64,000 nt of DNA from Carpediemonas membranifera BICM (Eukaryota > Protista > Fornicata). A program made the translations under genes and the position numbers. Under the pieces are notes generated by a model. The model made no database searches and had not been told where the DNA came from. It saw only the letters and a program-made list of their open reading frames with translations. Every line of letters begins with the position of its first letter. The first letter of the stretch is position 1. The DNA is taken from NCBI GenBank assembly GCA_019828565.1, contig JAHDYR010000011.1, positions 545,314 to 609,313 of the forward strand. Direction: 5' to 3'. Below are positions 43,325 to 53,900 of this stretch, one piece after another.

Positions 43325-43394
43325 TCTTTGCCTCCGGGCAAGCTAATTGAAGTGGAGAGACGCAGTGCTTGCACTGTGCACTCTATGATACTTC
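43301..43394 (+). ncRNA. Candidate omegaRNA scaffold of Fanzor copy 2
   Basis: CAATTA/TAATTG closing stem around CGGCT-AACC-AGCCG and TTGCC-TCCG-GGCAA hairpins; then CAGTGC-TT-GCACTG; similar fold at copies 1 and 3. Confidence 0.5.
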
Positions 43395-43405
43395 AATAGA
43401 ACAGA

Positions 43406-44018
43406 ATGCAAAAGACCCACAGCTACAAGCTGGTCCTTCTCGGAGAATCAGCAGTTGGTAAGTCATCCATAACTCTGCGCTTCGTGCGTAATGAATTCAC
43501 AGAATCGCAGGAGCCCACCATTGGTTTGTATCCCTGCTCCAATAGCTGACTCAGGCGCCGCTTTCTTGGCTCGCAACATCTCCTGCCAGGATTATACCGT
43601 TAGATTTGAGATTTGGGATACTGCTGGCCAGGAGCGCTACCACTCCCTTGCCCCCATGTACTACCGTGGCGCACCAGCCGCCGTAGTCGTCTACGACGTC
43701 ACTGACCGCAATTCATACGAGAAGGCGAAGAAGTGGGTGCAGCAGCTGAAGGAGGAGCAGCGTGAGACCACCACCATCGCTCTTGCTGGCAACAAGCGCG
43801 ACCTCCCCAACCACAAGGTGACCATCCAGGAAGCTCAGGAGTACGCCGTCGCTGAGGGCCTTATTTTCCACGAGACGTCTGCGCTGTCGAACTATGGGAT
43901 CACCGAGCTGTTCAAGGAGCTTGCCGACAAGCTCCCCAAGAAGTCCTCCGCTATTGTCGCCGACGGAGGGATGACCAAGCTGCTAGATGACGACAACAGC
44001 GGCGGATGCGGATGCTAA
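43406..44018 (+). CDS. RAB5: Rab5-family GTPase; intron at 43524-43554
   Basis: [20 protein letters not shown] after splicing, [30 protein letters not shown]-terminal CGC. Confidence 0.95.
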
Positions 44019-44116
44019 GCTAAAAGTTTCATTTTCTGGCCTCGGGTTGACTCCATTGGAGTCTGGGCTACGCTGATCCGCGGTACGCAGATTATACAAA
44101 GCCCCATCCAGCTTCG

Positions 44117-45517
44117 ATGCCGCCCAAAACCAATAGTCTGTCGGCATTGGCGTATTTAACGCTCAATATGATGTACAAACCACGGTATTATGTTGTAATG
44201 AACTACATTCTTAACCGCATCATGGCTGGATCACAAACTGTGACGACGACCGAGCTTTGCAACACCCTCGGGCTCTCTGAGAAGCAAATACAGCATATTA
44301 CTGGCAAATTACAAGCCGATGGATTGATCATCGAACACGCAACCCCCGCCAATGCCGCCGAGAAGGCAGCGACAGGTCCATGTTACACCGTCGACTTCAA
44401 ATTCCTCATCAACGCCATCACATACCGCCTCGAGATGATCTCACAGGGCGTGAACAAGGACTTCGGCAAGGAGGCGAAGGCTGCGGACATCTTGTATACG
44501 TGCCCGAACCCACGGTGCAACGTCAACGAGCCCTTCGACCCACACCGCTCCGCAGACTGCATCGCCGAGCGCGACGACCTCAAGTACGAGCTTGAGTACA
44601 AGCTCGAGGGCGGCGGTGCAGTGGGGAGACGGCGGCCGAAGGGGGGCTGGTGGATTCGGACAGGGCCGGGGTTCACGGGCACGGAGCGGGGGCTGACCAT
44701 CATTTATGACCCGAACTCGGGCAGCCTACGGCACCTGCCGGTCGACCCCAGCATCAGCATCATTGTGGAGAAGTCGGGTCGGGTCAAGTTCCGGGCCCGC
44801 ACGCTGGACGCCCTGGGCCCGCTGAGACGGAGCCTGGCGACGGAGTTCACCGGCATCGACAAGGTTAAGATCAACGGCCGCTTCCCCTTCAGCATCAAGC
44901 TCGAGACTACGGACGTGGGCCGCACCGTGGTCGACGGGACAGTGCAGACGTTCGTATGCCCCGTGTGTGGGTCAGCCGCGGCCCCCGTTTCGAAGGCTGA
45001 CATGGCGCAGACCCAGGCCAGCATCGATAGGAACAAGCTTCCCAAGGAATATCTCGCGACGCTCAAGGCCTGCCAGGACCCGGACGTCATCGACGGACTC
45101 ATCGCGAGAGTTGTCGTCGAGACGACTCGGGCGACTGCAGACGCCCACCAGGCGGCTCGACGGACACGGCGGAGTGGGCATGACGCCAAGATGGCGGCCC
45201 TGCAGCTGATCCGAGCCAACCGGGTCGACATGGACCTCCCGCCGTGGTTCGACGACGTCCACGAGTCCGTCGCAGTCGGCTTCGGGGAGGAGACGCACTT
45301 CCCGGCGATACACGCCGAGCCAGTCGAGAATGAGTCCGCCGCCGCTGTCACTGAGGCTGACCTGAACCTACTGCCAGACATCATCGGGGAAGATGTCGAC
45401 GTCGACATGGTCGGCCCGAGGGAGGGCGAGGTCCGTCTGGGCGATACGACTGTGGACCTGAGTCGACTGACCATGGCAATAGAGGACCTCGTCGACCTGC
45501 TGGAGACACGCGGATGA
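44117..45517 (+). CDS. GTF2E1: Transcription initiation factor IIE alpha-like, with a large insertion in the zinc ribbon
   Basis: Winged helix (ELCNTLGLSEKQIQHITGKL), YTVDF..LINAITYRL, YTCPNPRC...FVCPVCG, LPPWF. Confidence 0.65.
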   Translation: MPPKTNSLSALAYLTLNMMYKPRYYVVMNYILNRIMAGSQTVTTTELCNTLGLSEKQIQHITGKLQADGLIIEHATPANAAEKAATGPCYTVDFKFLINAITYRLEMISQGVNKDFGKEAKAADILYTCPNPRCNVNEPFDPHRSADCIAERDDLKYELEYKLEGGGAVGRRRPKGGWWIRTGPGFTGTERGLTIIYDPNSGSLRHLPVDPSISIIVEKSGRVKFRARTLDALGPLRRSLATEFTGIDKVKINGRFPFSIKLETTDVGRTVVDGTVQTFVCPVCGSAAAPVSKADMAQTQASIDRNKLPKEYLATLKACQDPDVIDGLIARVVVETTRATADAHQAARRTRRSGHDAKMAALQLIRANRVDMDLPPWFDDVHESVAVGFGEETHFPAIHAEPVENESAAAVTEADLNLLPDIIGEDVDVDMVGPREGEVRLGDTTVDLSRLTMAIEDLVDLLETRG

Positions 45518-46068
45518 CCCATGATTTTTGACGGATTTATTGGTAAAGTTACTGCAGTCACAAGAGTGCATCGGCGAGAGAGGCTCGTTGATTGGATGAA
45601 CCGCTCGGTTGACCCAGGTGAAGGCGCTTCGAGTTTTTCGCAGCCAAATCACGACCAGGTTTGAGAACCGCGCAATCGGAGGAGCTACCATCTTTACGTT
45701 TATGTGGGTGGGCGTCGACCGTTGGTGTTTGGAGCAGTATATTCGGCTGACAGCCAAATATTCAGTCAAAGATTTGGAGTCAATAATTGGAATTGGCGTA
45801 AGGGTGGTAACAATTTAGCACTGTGAACCAGTCCGCGTGTTTCTCCATTGTTCCGATCCGGATGGCCGACGGCGGCGTCGCATGCCTAACACTTCAATCA
45901 AAGATCGGCAGACATCCACGAGTGATTCATTTGCCGAACCCCGCACTTTGACACGGCTTGTGCCTCGCGCTGGCGTATCTGCGTACTCCTCTTTTGGCAG
46001 CTGCCTTGAGCTAATTTTGATTTTTTCGATCACACAAAAGCTGCACTCCGACTGTGTTTCTCACAATC

Positions 46069-49000
46069 ATGCGAAACCAGTCTCTCCTGAGTAGGTGGAA
46101 GAATAGTTGGTGGCTATTCTCGCCAACTGAGAAGGCTTTTTGCACATTCACCTACGCCCGAGCGACAATTCGATCAATACAGATCTACATGAGCGGGATT
46201 GCGCTTATTCTTGCTGTTATCGCCAATATTGTTCAAATACTGATGGAAGGCATAGGCTCCGATGCCCAAGGGATCTTCCTATTCGCCACCCGCGTAGCTT
46301 TCGTTGCCGCCCTCCTCGTGGCCACCTTCTTCGACACAATCAACGTGCCATACCCAGTCCGCATCATGGCCTACTACACATCCATTCTCATCATGCTATT
46401 CTACTGCAACACGCTCTACTGGCAGCTCCTCGTCGAGCTCCCGGACCCAGGTTGGCGGCTGCCCGTCACGCACGGGGCATACACATCGTTCGCCGTCCTC
46501 CAGCTCTGGTTCCTGCCCTTCTCGCACGTAGTAGTGCTCTCTCTGTGCCAGACGACCATTTTCCTCTGCCTCGGCTTTCTGGCTTACTCGACGCTGGACA
46601 TCAGGCCGACGAGCGCCATACTCGAGACTCTCATGATGGCGCTATGTCAGGTCATGGCTCTGCTCCAGCAGTACCATGTCTCCAGGGCCCTGCACAGCCA
46701 CCACCGCGTTGTCACTGAGATCGAAGCCACTGCCAGGGCAATCGCCGAGGAGAAGCGCCGGCTGGGCGACCGGATCCGCGCGGTACTGCCTCCGTTCGTC
46801 CACGACGCCGTCATCACTAAAGGCGACGACCGCGCGCTGCATGTATGGCCCGAATCTGTCGTTATCGTCGTCCATATTATACTGGAGTGCGACAGCGGGC
46901 AATGCGGTTGTGGGCCAGTCGTCAACGCGTTCAATACAGTGTTCAGCGTCATCGAATCTATGGCCACCGAGGCTGGGCTCGCGCACGTGACCAGGGGAGG
47001 ACCGAACGCGGTTCTCTTCGGAGAGTCAGTCAATAGAAACCGGGTTTACTCGTTCCTCACTGATTTACATGATTACATACTCGACCACTCGACCATGTTA
47101 AAGGTCGGCGTGTCGACCGGCACCATGGCCGGCGGTATTACCAGCAAATACGGCCTCCGTTACGATGTTTGGGGGCATCCACTCAAAATAGCTTGGCGTT
47201 TGATCGATATCTGCCACTCAAATCAGATCATGTTCGACAGCCCAGCAGCACACGCTATCCTGGTCGGCCAGAAACCCGAGGGTGTGCTTCGTCTCGAGCA
47301 GCTCGAGGTCCGCGGGATCGGGCTCGTGACACCGTACGCGATGGTGCTCCAGAACGATATGAACCGCAAGGGCAACGCGTCAATGGCGAGAATGGACAGT
47401 GACATCAGCATCACCTTCTCGACGTCCGGCACCGATTTCACAGGGGCCATCACTGACCGGACCGATGACAACGCGTCGCCCCGGCGGGAGTTCATTCCAC
47501 TGGCGAACGGCGTGCCCATAGTGCCTGAAACACCGACGGACCCGCTCAGCTCGGGCAATGGGGCGGGGAAGACCACGAGCAGCAGCAGCAGCGACGCGGG
47601 GACACTGGACAGCACTGCCACGGACCCCGGATCGCCCAGAGCGCTGTTCCTCGCAGTGGACACCCCGCCGCTGCCGCTGGCCGCGTTGAACTCGTCCTTT
47701 GACTCTGCATCACCCAACGGCAGCCGCTCGATGACACCGCGATCGCCCAGGGGTGTTGTTGGCAGGAACACGATCAAGCAGATCCATATCTCGTCGTATC
47801 TAGGCCCAGACGTGTATTCATCCGACCGCCGCCGCGAGATTGTCAACAAGTACACTCCTAATTTCCGCAACGGGTTCACCAACAAGGCAACGCGCGCGCA
47901 GCTACACACATACCAGGTGGCGGTGACTCCTCGCAAGCACCTCTTCACCATTCTGATCTTTCTCTGCACATGCCTCGTCGCGGACACAATGTTTGTCTTT
48001 GCAGCCGACATCCCAGTGTCCGCCCGAGCGGTCTGCATCGCGTGCAGTGCAGCCCAGTACCTCTGCCTCATCCCCACGGCCGGGGCGCTCTTCGCGTTTC
48101 TCCAGACACGACACCGCACGGGAGCCCTCGTCACACTGTACGGTGGCCCTGCCGTCTTCATCGTCATCCGAATAGCCGGGATGGTCGGCATTCACTTCAC
48201 CGAGCCCGGCGACACCCGTGCGGCTGTGGGGAGCTACTACATGCTGTCAGAGGCGATGTTCTTCCTCATGGCGGCGGTCACGACGCTTATGGACTTCGGG
48301 GGCGGGCTACTGGCCAACCTTAGCCTGCTCGTCATGCACGGGCTGCTCACTGCGACTCAGGTTCTACTCTGCTCTTACATACCGAGCTATGTCGCGTCTG
48401 CGATAGAGCTCATCATCATGCTCATTGTTGGGGCTAAGACGCGATGGATCCGCAGCACACTGCCATTCTCCTCCCTCGTCCAGCAGGAGCTGCAGCAGGA
48501 AGAACTCGTGCTGCTCAATGGGCAGCAGGCGGATATCTACCAGCTCATCTATCCCGACTCCATTGCCAAGTCTCTGCTCGCCACAGGCGTGTTCGTCCCC
48601 GAGCGGTACTCAAAGATTGGCGTGCTATGCCTAAAACTGCACAATTTAGTCGACCTCTCGCACGACCACGAGCACGCGTACAAGGTCCTCGTAGAGCTCA
48701 ACAGCATATGCGACGACGAGGTGCTTCGGATGTCGTCCTCTAAGTCTGTCAGCAAGATCAAGGCGATGTCTGGCCACTACTTCATCTCCTGCGGCGCCCC
48801 GGACCCCTGTCTGCTGAAGCTGACGCCGCTAGTCCGGCTAGCATTCCGACTGCAGACCAGGATCGCCCACTGCCAGTACGGATCGGCCCTCGACATTCGT
48901 ATCGGCATCGGCTGCGGGGACGCTGTCGGCCTCGTGGAGTGCGAGGACCAGCTCGGCCACTTCGACCTCTTTGGCCCTGCGGCCGACGATGCCCTGGCAA

Positions 49001-49155
49001 CCTGTGTGAGTGAAGCCAATATGGCAGGCGGGGTCTGTGCCTCGAACGTGGCAGTCAGGGAGTGGAGGCGGATGGACTCCAGGTCTGCTGAGATGTACAC
49101 GGTGGAGGATGGGGGTAGGGACGACGGCTGCTACCGACTGGGCGTTCCGAGATGA
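46069..49155 (+). CDS. Multi-pass membrane class III nucleotide cyclase-like protein with two degenerate cyclase domains
   Basis: TM block-cyclase-TM block-cyclase; KVGVSTG...GGI....RYDVWG; RIGIGCG...FDLFG. Confidence 0.8.
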   Translation: MRNQSLLSRWKNSWWLFSPTEKAFCTFTYARATIRSIQIYMSGIALILAVIANIVQILMEGIGSDAQGIFLFATRVAFVAALLVATFFDTINVPYPVRIMAYYTSILIMLFYCNTLYWQLLVELPDPGWRLPVTHGAYTSFAVLQLWFLPFSHVVVLSLCQTTIFLCLGFLAYSTLDIRPTSAILETLMMALCQVMALLQQYHVSRALHSHHRVVTEIEATARAIAEEKRRLGDRIRAVLPPFVHDAVITKGDDRALHVWPESVVIVVHIILECDSGQCGCGPVVNAFNTVFSVIESMATEAGLAHVTRGGPNAVLFGESVNRNRVYSFLTDLHDYILDHSTMLKVGVSTGTMAGGITSKYGLRYDVWGHPLKIAWRLIDICHSNQIMFDSPAAHAILVGQKPEGVLRLEQLEVRGIGLVTPYAMVLQNDMNRKGNASMARMDSDISITFSTSGTDFTGAITDRTDDNASPRREFIPLANGVPIVPETPTDPLSSGNGAGKTTSSSSSDAGTLDSTATDPGSPRALFLAVDTPPLPLAALNSSFDSASPNGSRSMTPRSPRGVVGRNTIKQIHISSYLGPDVYSSDRRREIVNKYTPNFRNGFTNKATRAQLHTYQVAVTPRKHLFTILIFLCTCLVADTMFVFAADIPVSARAVCIACSAAQYLCLIPTAGALFAFLQTRHRTGALVTLYGGPAVFIVIRIAGMVGIHFTEPGDTRAAVGSYYMLSEAMFFLMAAVTTLMDFGGGLLANLSLLVMHGLLTATQVLLCSYIPSYVASAIELIIMLIVGAKTRWIRSTLPFSSLVQQELQQEELVLLNGQQADIYQLIYPDSIAKSLLATGVFVPERYSKIGVLCLKLHNLVDLSHDHEHAYKVLVELNSICDDEVLRMSSSKSVSKIKAMSGHYFISCGAPDPCLLKLTPLVRLAFRLQTRIAHCQYGSALDIRIGIGCGDAVGLVECEDQLGHFDLFGPAADDALATCVSEANMAGGVCASNVAVREWRRMDSRSAEMYTVEDGGRDDGCYRLGVPR

Positions 49156-49601
49156 AGCGTTACATGTATCTTACTTATTTATGATTGGTTACTCGATAAA
49201 CACCCCGATTAGCCCCGACTCCCTATGGTCATACTGGTGCATTGCGGCCAGTTCGGTCTCTTACAGTCCTAAACACTAGTCCCCTCTTAAGAGCCTCGTC
49301 TTTGGAGTCAAGTCAGGACACTGCTGCACGGCCGCATGGCATTAGGGCGACAACTCGTGCGAAGGCCGTCCAGGCTGTGGCCATAACAGTCCACTGTCTC
49401 CTGCCGGGCATGCAAGGATGGAGAGATAACTCTGGGTGGAGTTTGAAGTCTCGGTGCTGTCAGTGGGTGGACCCCGCCAACACTGGATGGCGCCTCGACT
49501 GTCAACCCGGGCTCCGCTGGACTGGCAGACTCCGCGTCCACGGCCACGTCCCTGCCGCAGTGAAGGACCCCATGGCCCCCCTCAGCTCGACGACCAGGGC
49601 A

Positions 49602-49805
49602 TGTTGCGCAGTATAAACACATTTTTCGAACCTCCCAGACAGGGCCTGAAAGGAACGATCAAAGTGCCAAACTGTATGCATCCGTCAGCAGACGAATGTT
49701 GGCGGTTAGCCAATTGATGATCCCTACCGACTTAAGACGTGAGTAGGAGGGAGACAGGGCAGTTTTGCGCAGTATAAACAGATTGTTCGACCCTTCAATA
49801 GCACA
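49602..49805. mobile_element. 204-bp internally deleted 'ghost' of the Fanzor element at 31106-32236; 5-bp TSD GGGCA
   Basis: GGGCA at 49597-49601 and 49806-49810; 49602-49721 matches 31106-31228 and 49721-49805 matches 32152-32236. Confidence 0.9.
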
Positions 49806-49849
49806 GGGCAGGTCGGTTAAACTGCGGGAAAGCGGTGCTTGCTGCAGCA

Positions 49850-50707
49850 ATGCATCTGCTCGCGTTCATATTGCTTCTTTCCATTGCGATTGCAGCTCCT
49901 ACCGGCACATTCTGTCATTTGGATGAGTCTGATGCAACCTGTTATCCAGGGTTTTACCGTAATCCGAAATGGAACGAGAAAACGCCAACTATCATCCCAT
50001 GCTTGCCATGCAGGGCTGGTACGATATCATCTATCAAGAATGCAACATCCTGTGACAGCTGTCCTATTGGATTCTTCTCCCATTCGTGCTCTCCAGCGTG
50101 CGACCCTTGCGCCCCCGGGACATACGGCGCTGGGGACTGCGTCGACGGCTGCAAACGCAGTATAACGACTGAATGCACCAACTGCACGCTGGTGGATCAG
50201 TGCGCGCCCTGCCCCAACGGCTCGTTCAGCCCTCTCCCCGCCATGCTCACATGCCTACCTTGCGGTCCGGGCAGGTATCGCGACGGCACGGCGACCAGCG
50301 ACTTCTACTGCAAGCGCTGCCCCGAGCACCACCAGTGCCCCAACCCGATCACGTCCCACCCCGTCGTGTGCGAGCCACACCACGTGGCCCAGGCCGGGCA
50401 GGCCGTGTGTACCTCATGCAGACCGCCCTTCCACGCGACATTCGATAACGGTGTCACGTGCTCGCCCACGCCGGTCGTGACCTCGATCCTGCTGGGCATC
50501 GTCGGCTTGCTGTGCCTGTTCACACTGTGCCTCTGCCTCCCTGTGTGGAGCAAGGAGATGGCGTCATTCGCCATCCAGCAGGACCCCGGGCGGAAGACGG
50601 CGGCCTATGCCCATCTCTACGACTACCACAACCTCGAGGCCGACGTGGAGCGGCATGAGGACGATCAGGTCTTCCTGGATCAGGACTATCAGTTCAAGGG
50701 CTACTGA
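49850..50707 (+). CDS. Cysteine-rich type I membrane protein (TNFR/ephrin-receptor-like C..C..G repeats)
   Basis: Signal peptide, CLPCRAGT/CDSCPIGF/CAPCPNGS repeats, TM helix, short tail. Confidence 0.85.
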   Translation: MHLLAFILLLSIAIAAPTGTFCHLDESDATCYPGFYRNPKWNEKTPTIIPCLPCRAGTISSIKNATSCDSCPIGFFSHSCSPACDPCAPGTYGAGDCVDGCKRSITTECTNCTLVDQCAPCPNGSFSPLPAMLTCLPCGPGRYRDGTATSDFYCKRCPEHHQCPNPITSHPVVCEPHHVAQAGQAVCTSCRPPFHATFDNGVTCSPTPVVTSILLGIVGLLCLFTLCLCLPVWSKEMASFAIQQDPGRKTAAYAHLYDYHNLEADVERHEDDQVFLDQDYQFKGY

Positions 50708-50947
50708 GGTGCAGAGGCCGGTTAGTTTGGTCGGCCCGCTGGCACTGTATTGTAAATGTTTAGGCTTAAGCTGCGGATGATTATCCCTGATAGATGCCTC
50801 ACTCCGCGAAGCCGTGTGCTCGTCTCTACTTCCATCCGATGATCGCCGAGTCGGGTCAGTCCAGGAGGGAGCGGCCTCGAAGGGTCCGAAGGGCCGTATC
50901 GATTTATGAATTTACTCGATTGTATGTAAACATGTACATACCATTAT

Positions 50948-53900
50948 TCAGCCATTGCGGGGCGCCGAAGCGCCTCCACGCTGACTCCGCTGGATGGCGG
51001 CGGTGGGAGGGGGTGGGGGGAGATGTGGAGGATTGATCACGGACGTGGCCAGATGGAGCAGGCGGTGTGCCTTGCGGAGCTCGAATGACTTCTTCAGCAG
51101 CCAGCCCATCAGTGCGATCGCGAGAACCGACCGAGCTCGGCGGTCAGTAAAGCATTCTGCGCCAGTGATCGTGCAGATTTCCTGTCCGATTTCAACCAGA
51201 CTCCTGGCGGCTGACTCGATGTGGCTGCCGGTTGGAGTGAGTGCGACGACGATGACGTCAACATTGTAGTCGGCGTACTGGTCCTTCTTCTTCTGGATGA
51301 ATGAGTCCGAGTCAGACTTGCCGACTGTGACCTCAATCACTAGAGGACGGCCGTTCCGGAGCAGAGGCTCATTAATCAGGATATCTGCGCGTGCCTGCGT
51401 GATCTTACTTGCCTGATCAGCGATTGCTTGCGGAATAGGCCTGTTTGCTTTCTGCAGGCGTTCCATTTCGTCGTATGCAACCTTTGCTCGGTACTTCTCG
51501 TCCTTTAGGAGCCCATCATCAAGGGGTTCCTCATGAAGGACCTCTGTCGAGGTCGTGCTAAGCAGCTGTACGATTCCGTGTTTCACCAAGTCGTGGCGGT
51601 GCAAAAGGTTCCTCTTCCGCTGAGGGAACCAGCGCTTCGCGCTACAGAGCATGGCATGGTCTTCCCACGTGCCTCTAGTTACACCTTTGCCGCAGAAGGG
51701 GCAGAAGAGTGCCGTGTTCCCGTCCTGGAGGCGCCGTGCCACTGGGCTGGGGAGCCCCGAGATCATGCCAACCCCGAGGACCGCCCTATAGGCTGCTATC
51801 ACCGGTCGTGCTGTCGCGTACTGGTCGTCTACCGCCGTGTTGAGGCAGGCCGCCAGCAGTTCGCCGTACGGAATCCTCGACGTCCTGTGACGGGCGCGGT
51901 ATATGTGCTCGGAGAAAACGCACTGCGGCCGGTCCGCCTTAGGCATCATGAGTTCCGGGTCCGAGCCTGCCATGTGGGGGATGGGCGGGACTGTGTCGCA
52001 GACAGGGGGTGTATCCAGGGCCGCCCATGCGTATGAGATCACTCCTGGCGCCAAGGTATGCTGCCACCCAGTGGTCGAGTGGGTGCCTAAAGCCCCAGCC
52101 GTTGTCACTCGGCTTCTGCCACAGTGCATCTAACCTCGCGCTCTCCCAGCCGGCTGGGGAGTTCGCTATGACCCTCGCCACCTCGATGAGGCTGGCTTCT
52201 AACCTCTCAGCGATGGCTACATTCGGTGCGTTCGTCCTGAACATGAAATTCAGGTCCGCGCTGATGCATTTGCGGATGATGTGCAGACACATCCAGGACA
52301 CCTGGTTTTTCGCGTGCCCCGTCGACTGCTCGATAATTCCACACAGCCAGCTGAGCTCGTCAATAACCTTCTCAGCCGTAACCTGCACCGCTGTAACGCG
52401 GCTCGTGGTCGGGCCGATGGTCACCCCGAGGTATTCCCACGCATGTACGAATGGGTGTCCTGCGTCGTGTACGTCCGGGTGGGCGAGGATCACCGTCTTC
52501 GCCATGTTCAGGCGGAGACCATACTTCGACGCGATGCGCGTGAGCGTGGCGATCTCAGCCGTGGCGTCGCCAGCCGTGCTGTGGATACTGGCGACATCAT
52601 CCAGGTACGCAAAGCGTTCATTTGGAGCCGCCTCGGTGAGCTCGTCGAGTATGCAGCGCATGACGAAGGAGAACAGCAGCGGGCCAAGAGCGTCTCCTTG
52701 GATGGTCCCGCGTTTGACGTCCACCCACCGCGCGGTTGTGCCAGCCGCGCCGTATGTCTCGTAGTAGAGGCGCGGGTCGTCGTAGAACTGGTCGACAAAG
52801 TCAGTAAGGGCCGGCGCGTACTCATGAACCATGGCCTTCATCGTGTGACGGTTCGCTTCGTTGAAGGCGTTCGTGAAGTCCGCTATGACGATATACTTCC
52901 CAGCCCGGTATGCCTTGTCGACACGGTCGATCAGTTTCTCCACGTCGCTCCGGCCGCCCAGGCCATATTGTTCCGGCAGCCAGTCCGGCAGTGCCCCGGC
53001 CGGGTCGTCCCCGCTGTCGTCTGGCTTCAGGTGCCCGAGAGCAAGCTTAGCGAGGTATTTGCCTGCGATCACGTAGAACGGTTCGTTCACCCCTATTGGC
53101 CTCAGGCTACCGTTCGGCTTTGGCAGCATCGAGAGGTATGCCTGCGTCAACGGTCTGCAGGACGACTCACCCCTCACGATGCAGGAGACAATCTCGGTCA
53201 TTGCGCTGACTACCGATTTGTTGGAGTCGGCTGGCCTCAGACGTCGGGCGTTCCTCCCTCGTGTCGGTGGCGAGATGCCGGCCCAGGAGCTGTAAGATGT
53301 GTTTGTTCGACCATCCTGACAGTCCCGCCGCTTTGGTGCCGTCCAGGCCGGTCATGATCTCCTCGCATTCTCGGGTCGGCAGGTCCCTCGGTAGTGTGGG
53401 CGGTGGGCTGGCCCATTTCAGGGACTCCGCTCGAGCCACCGTTGTGCGTGGGAGGGGTACGATCTCATCAGCACGGTCTGCCGGGAAGAGCCTGTGGACC
53501 TCCGCCACTATTTGGTCCTCCGACCATGCCGACTCATGGCGTGGTGCCAGAAGCTTCCGTGATTTTCCGACCTGTCCAAGCATGAAAGAGTCCACTGCCT
53601 TCTCAACCTGTCTCCTCTGCCGGGATGCGGCGGTGCGGGGGGTGGCAGGGATGTTGCGGATTACCCGTCTGATGGCATTTCGGAAGCCGACCGCAGCGAA
53701 CTTCCCGCTGTGTGGCAGGCACCTGATGAGCACTGCGACCGTCTCCATCGCGCGGTCGACGCCCTCCTGTGGGTGTCCCGCCATGAACGCTCTGAGCTGA
53801 CTCAATTTCGAGGTGATGACTGCCCTGCTGTCTGCAGACAGGTTCATGCTCCCGAGCATGCGTGCTCTACCCAGGGATCTCCCGGCCAGCGCTGTGCCTG

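Larger units (their letters stand above)
41649..43394 (+). mobile_element. Fanzor-bearing insertion flanked by an 11-bp direct repeat AATAGAACAGA
   Basis: Repeat at 41638-41648 and 43395-43405; removing the insert restores TAAACTGC about 25 nt upstream of the Rab5 ATG. Confidence 0.7.

Noticed and set aside
43363-43394. 3' hairpin of Fanzor copy 2 as a Helitron terminus
   Set aside because: No CTRR end, and Helitrons do not make the 11-bp duplication seen here
31106-49805. Four copies of TTGCGCAGTATAAACA considered as CRISPR-like repeats
   Set aside because: Not arrayed with regular spacers; they are terminal repeats of two TSD-flanked elements
50785-50900. Possible ribozyme in the LINE 3' flank (CTGATAGA, TTCG hairpins)
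   Set aside because: Could not assemble a complete hammerhead or HDV core by eye; an Infernal scan is needed
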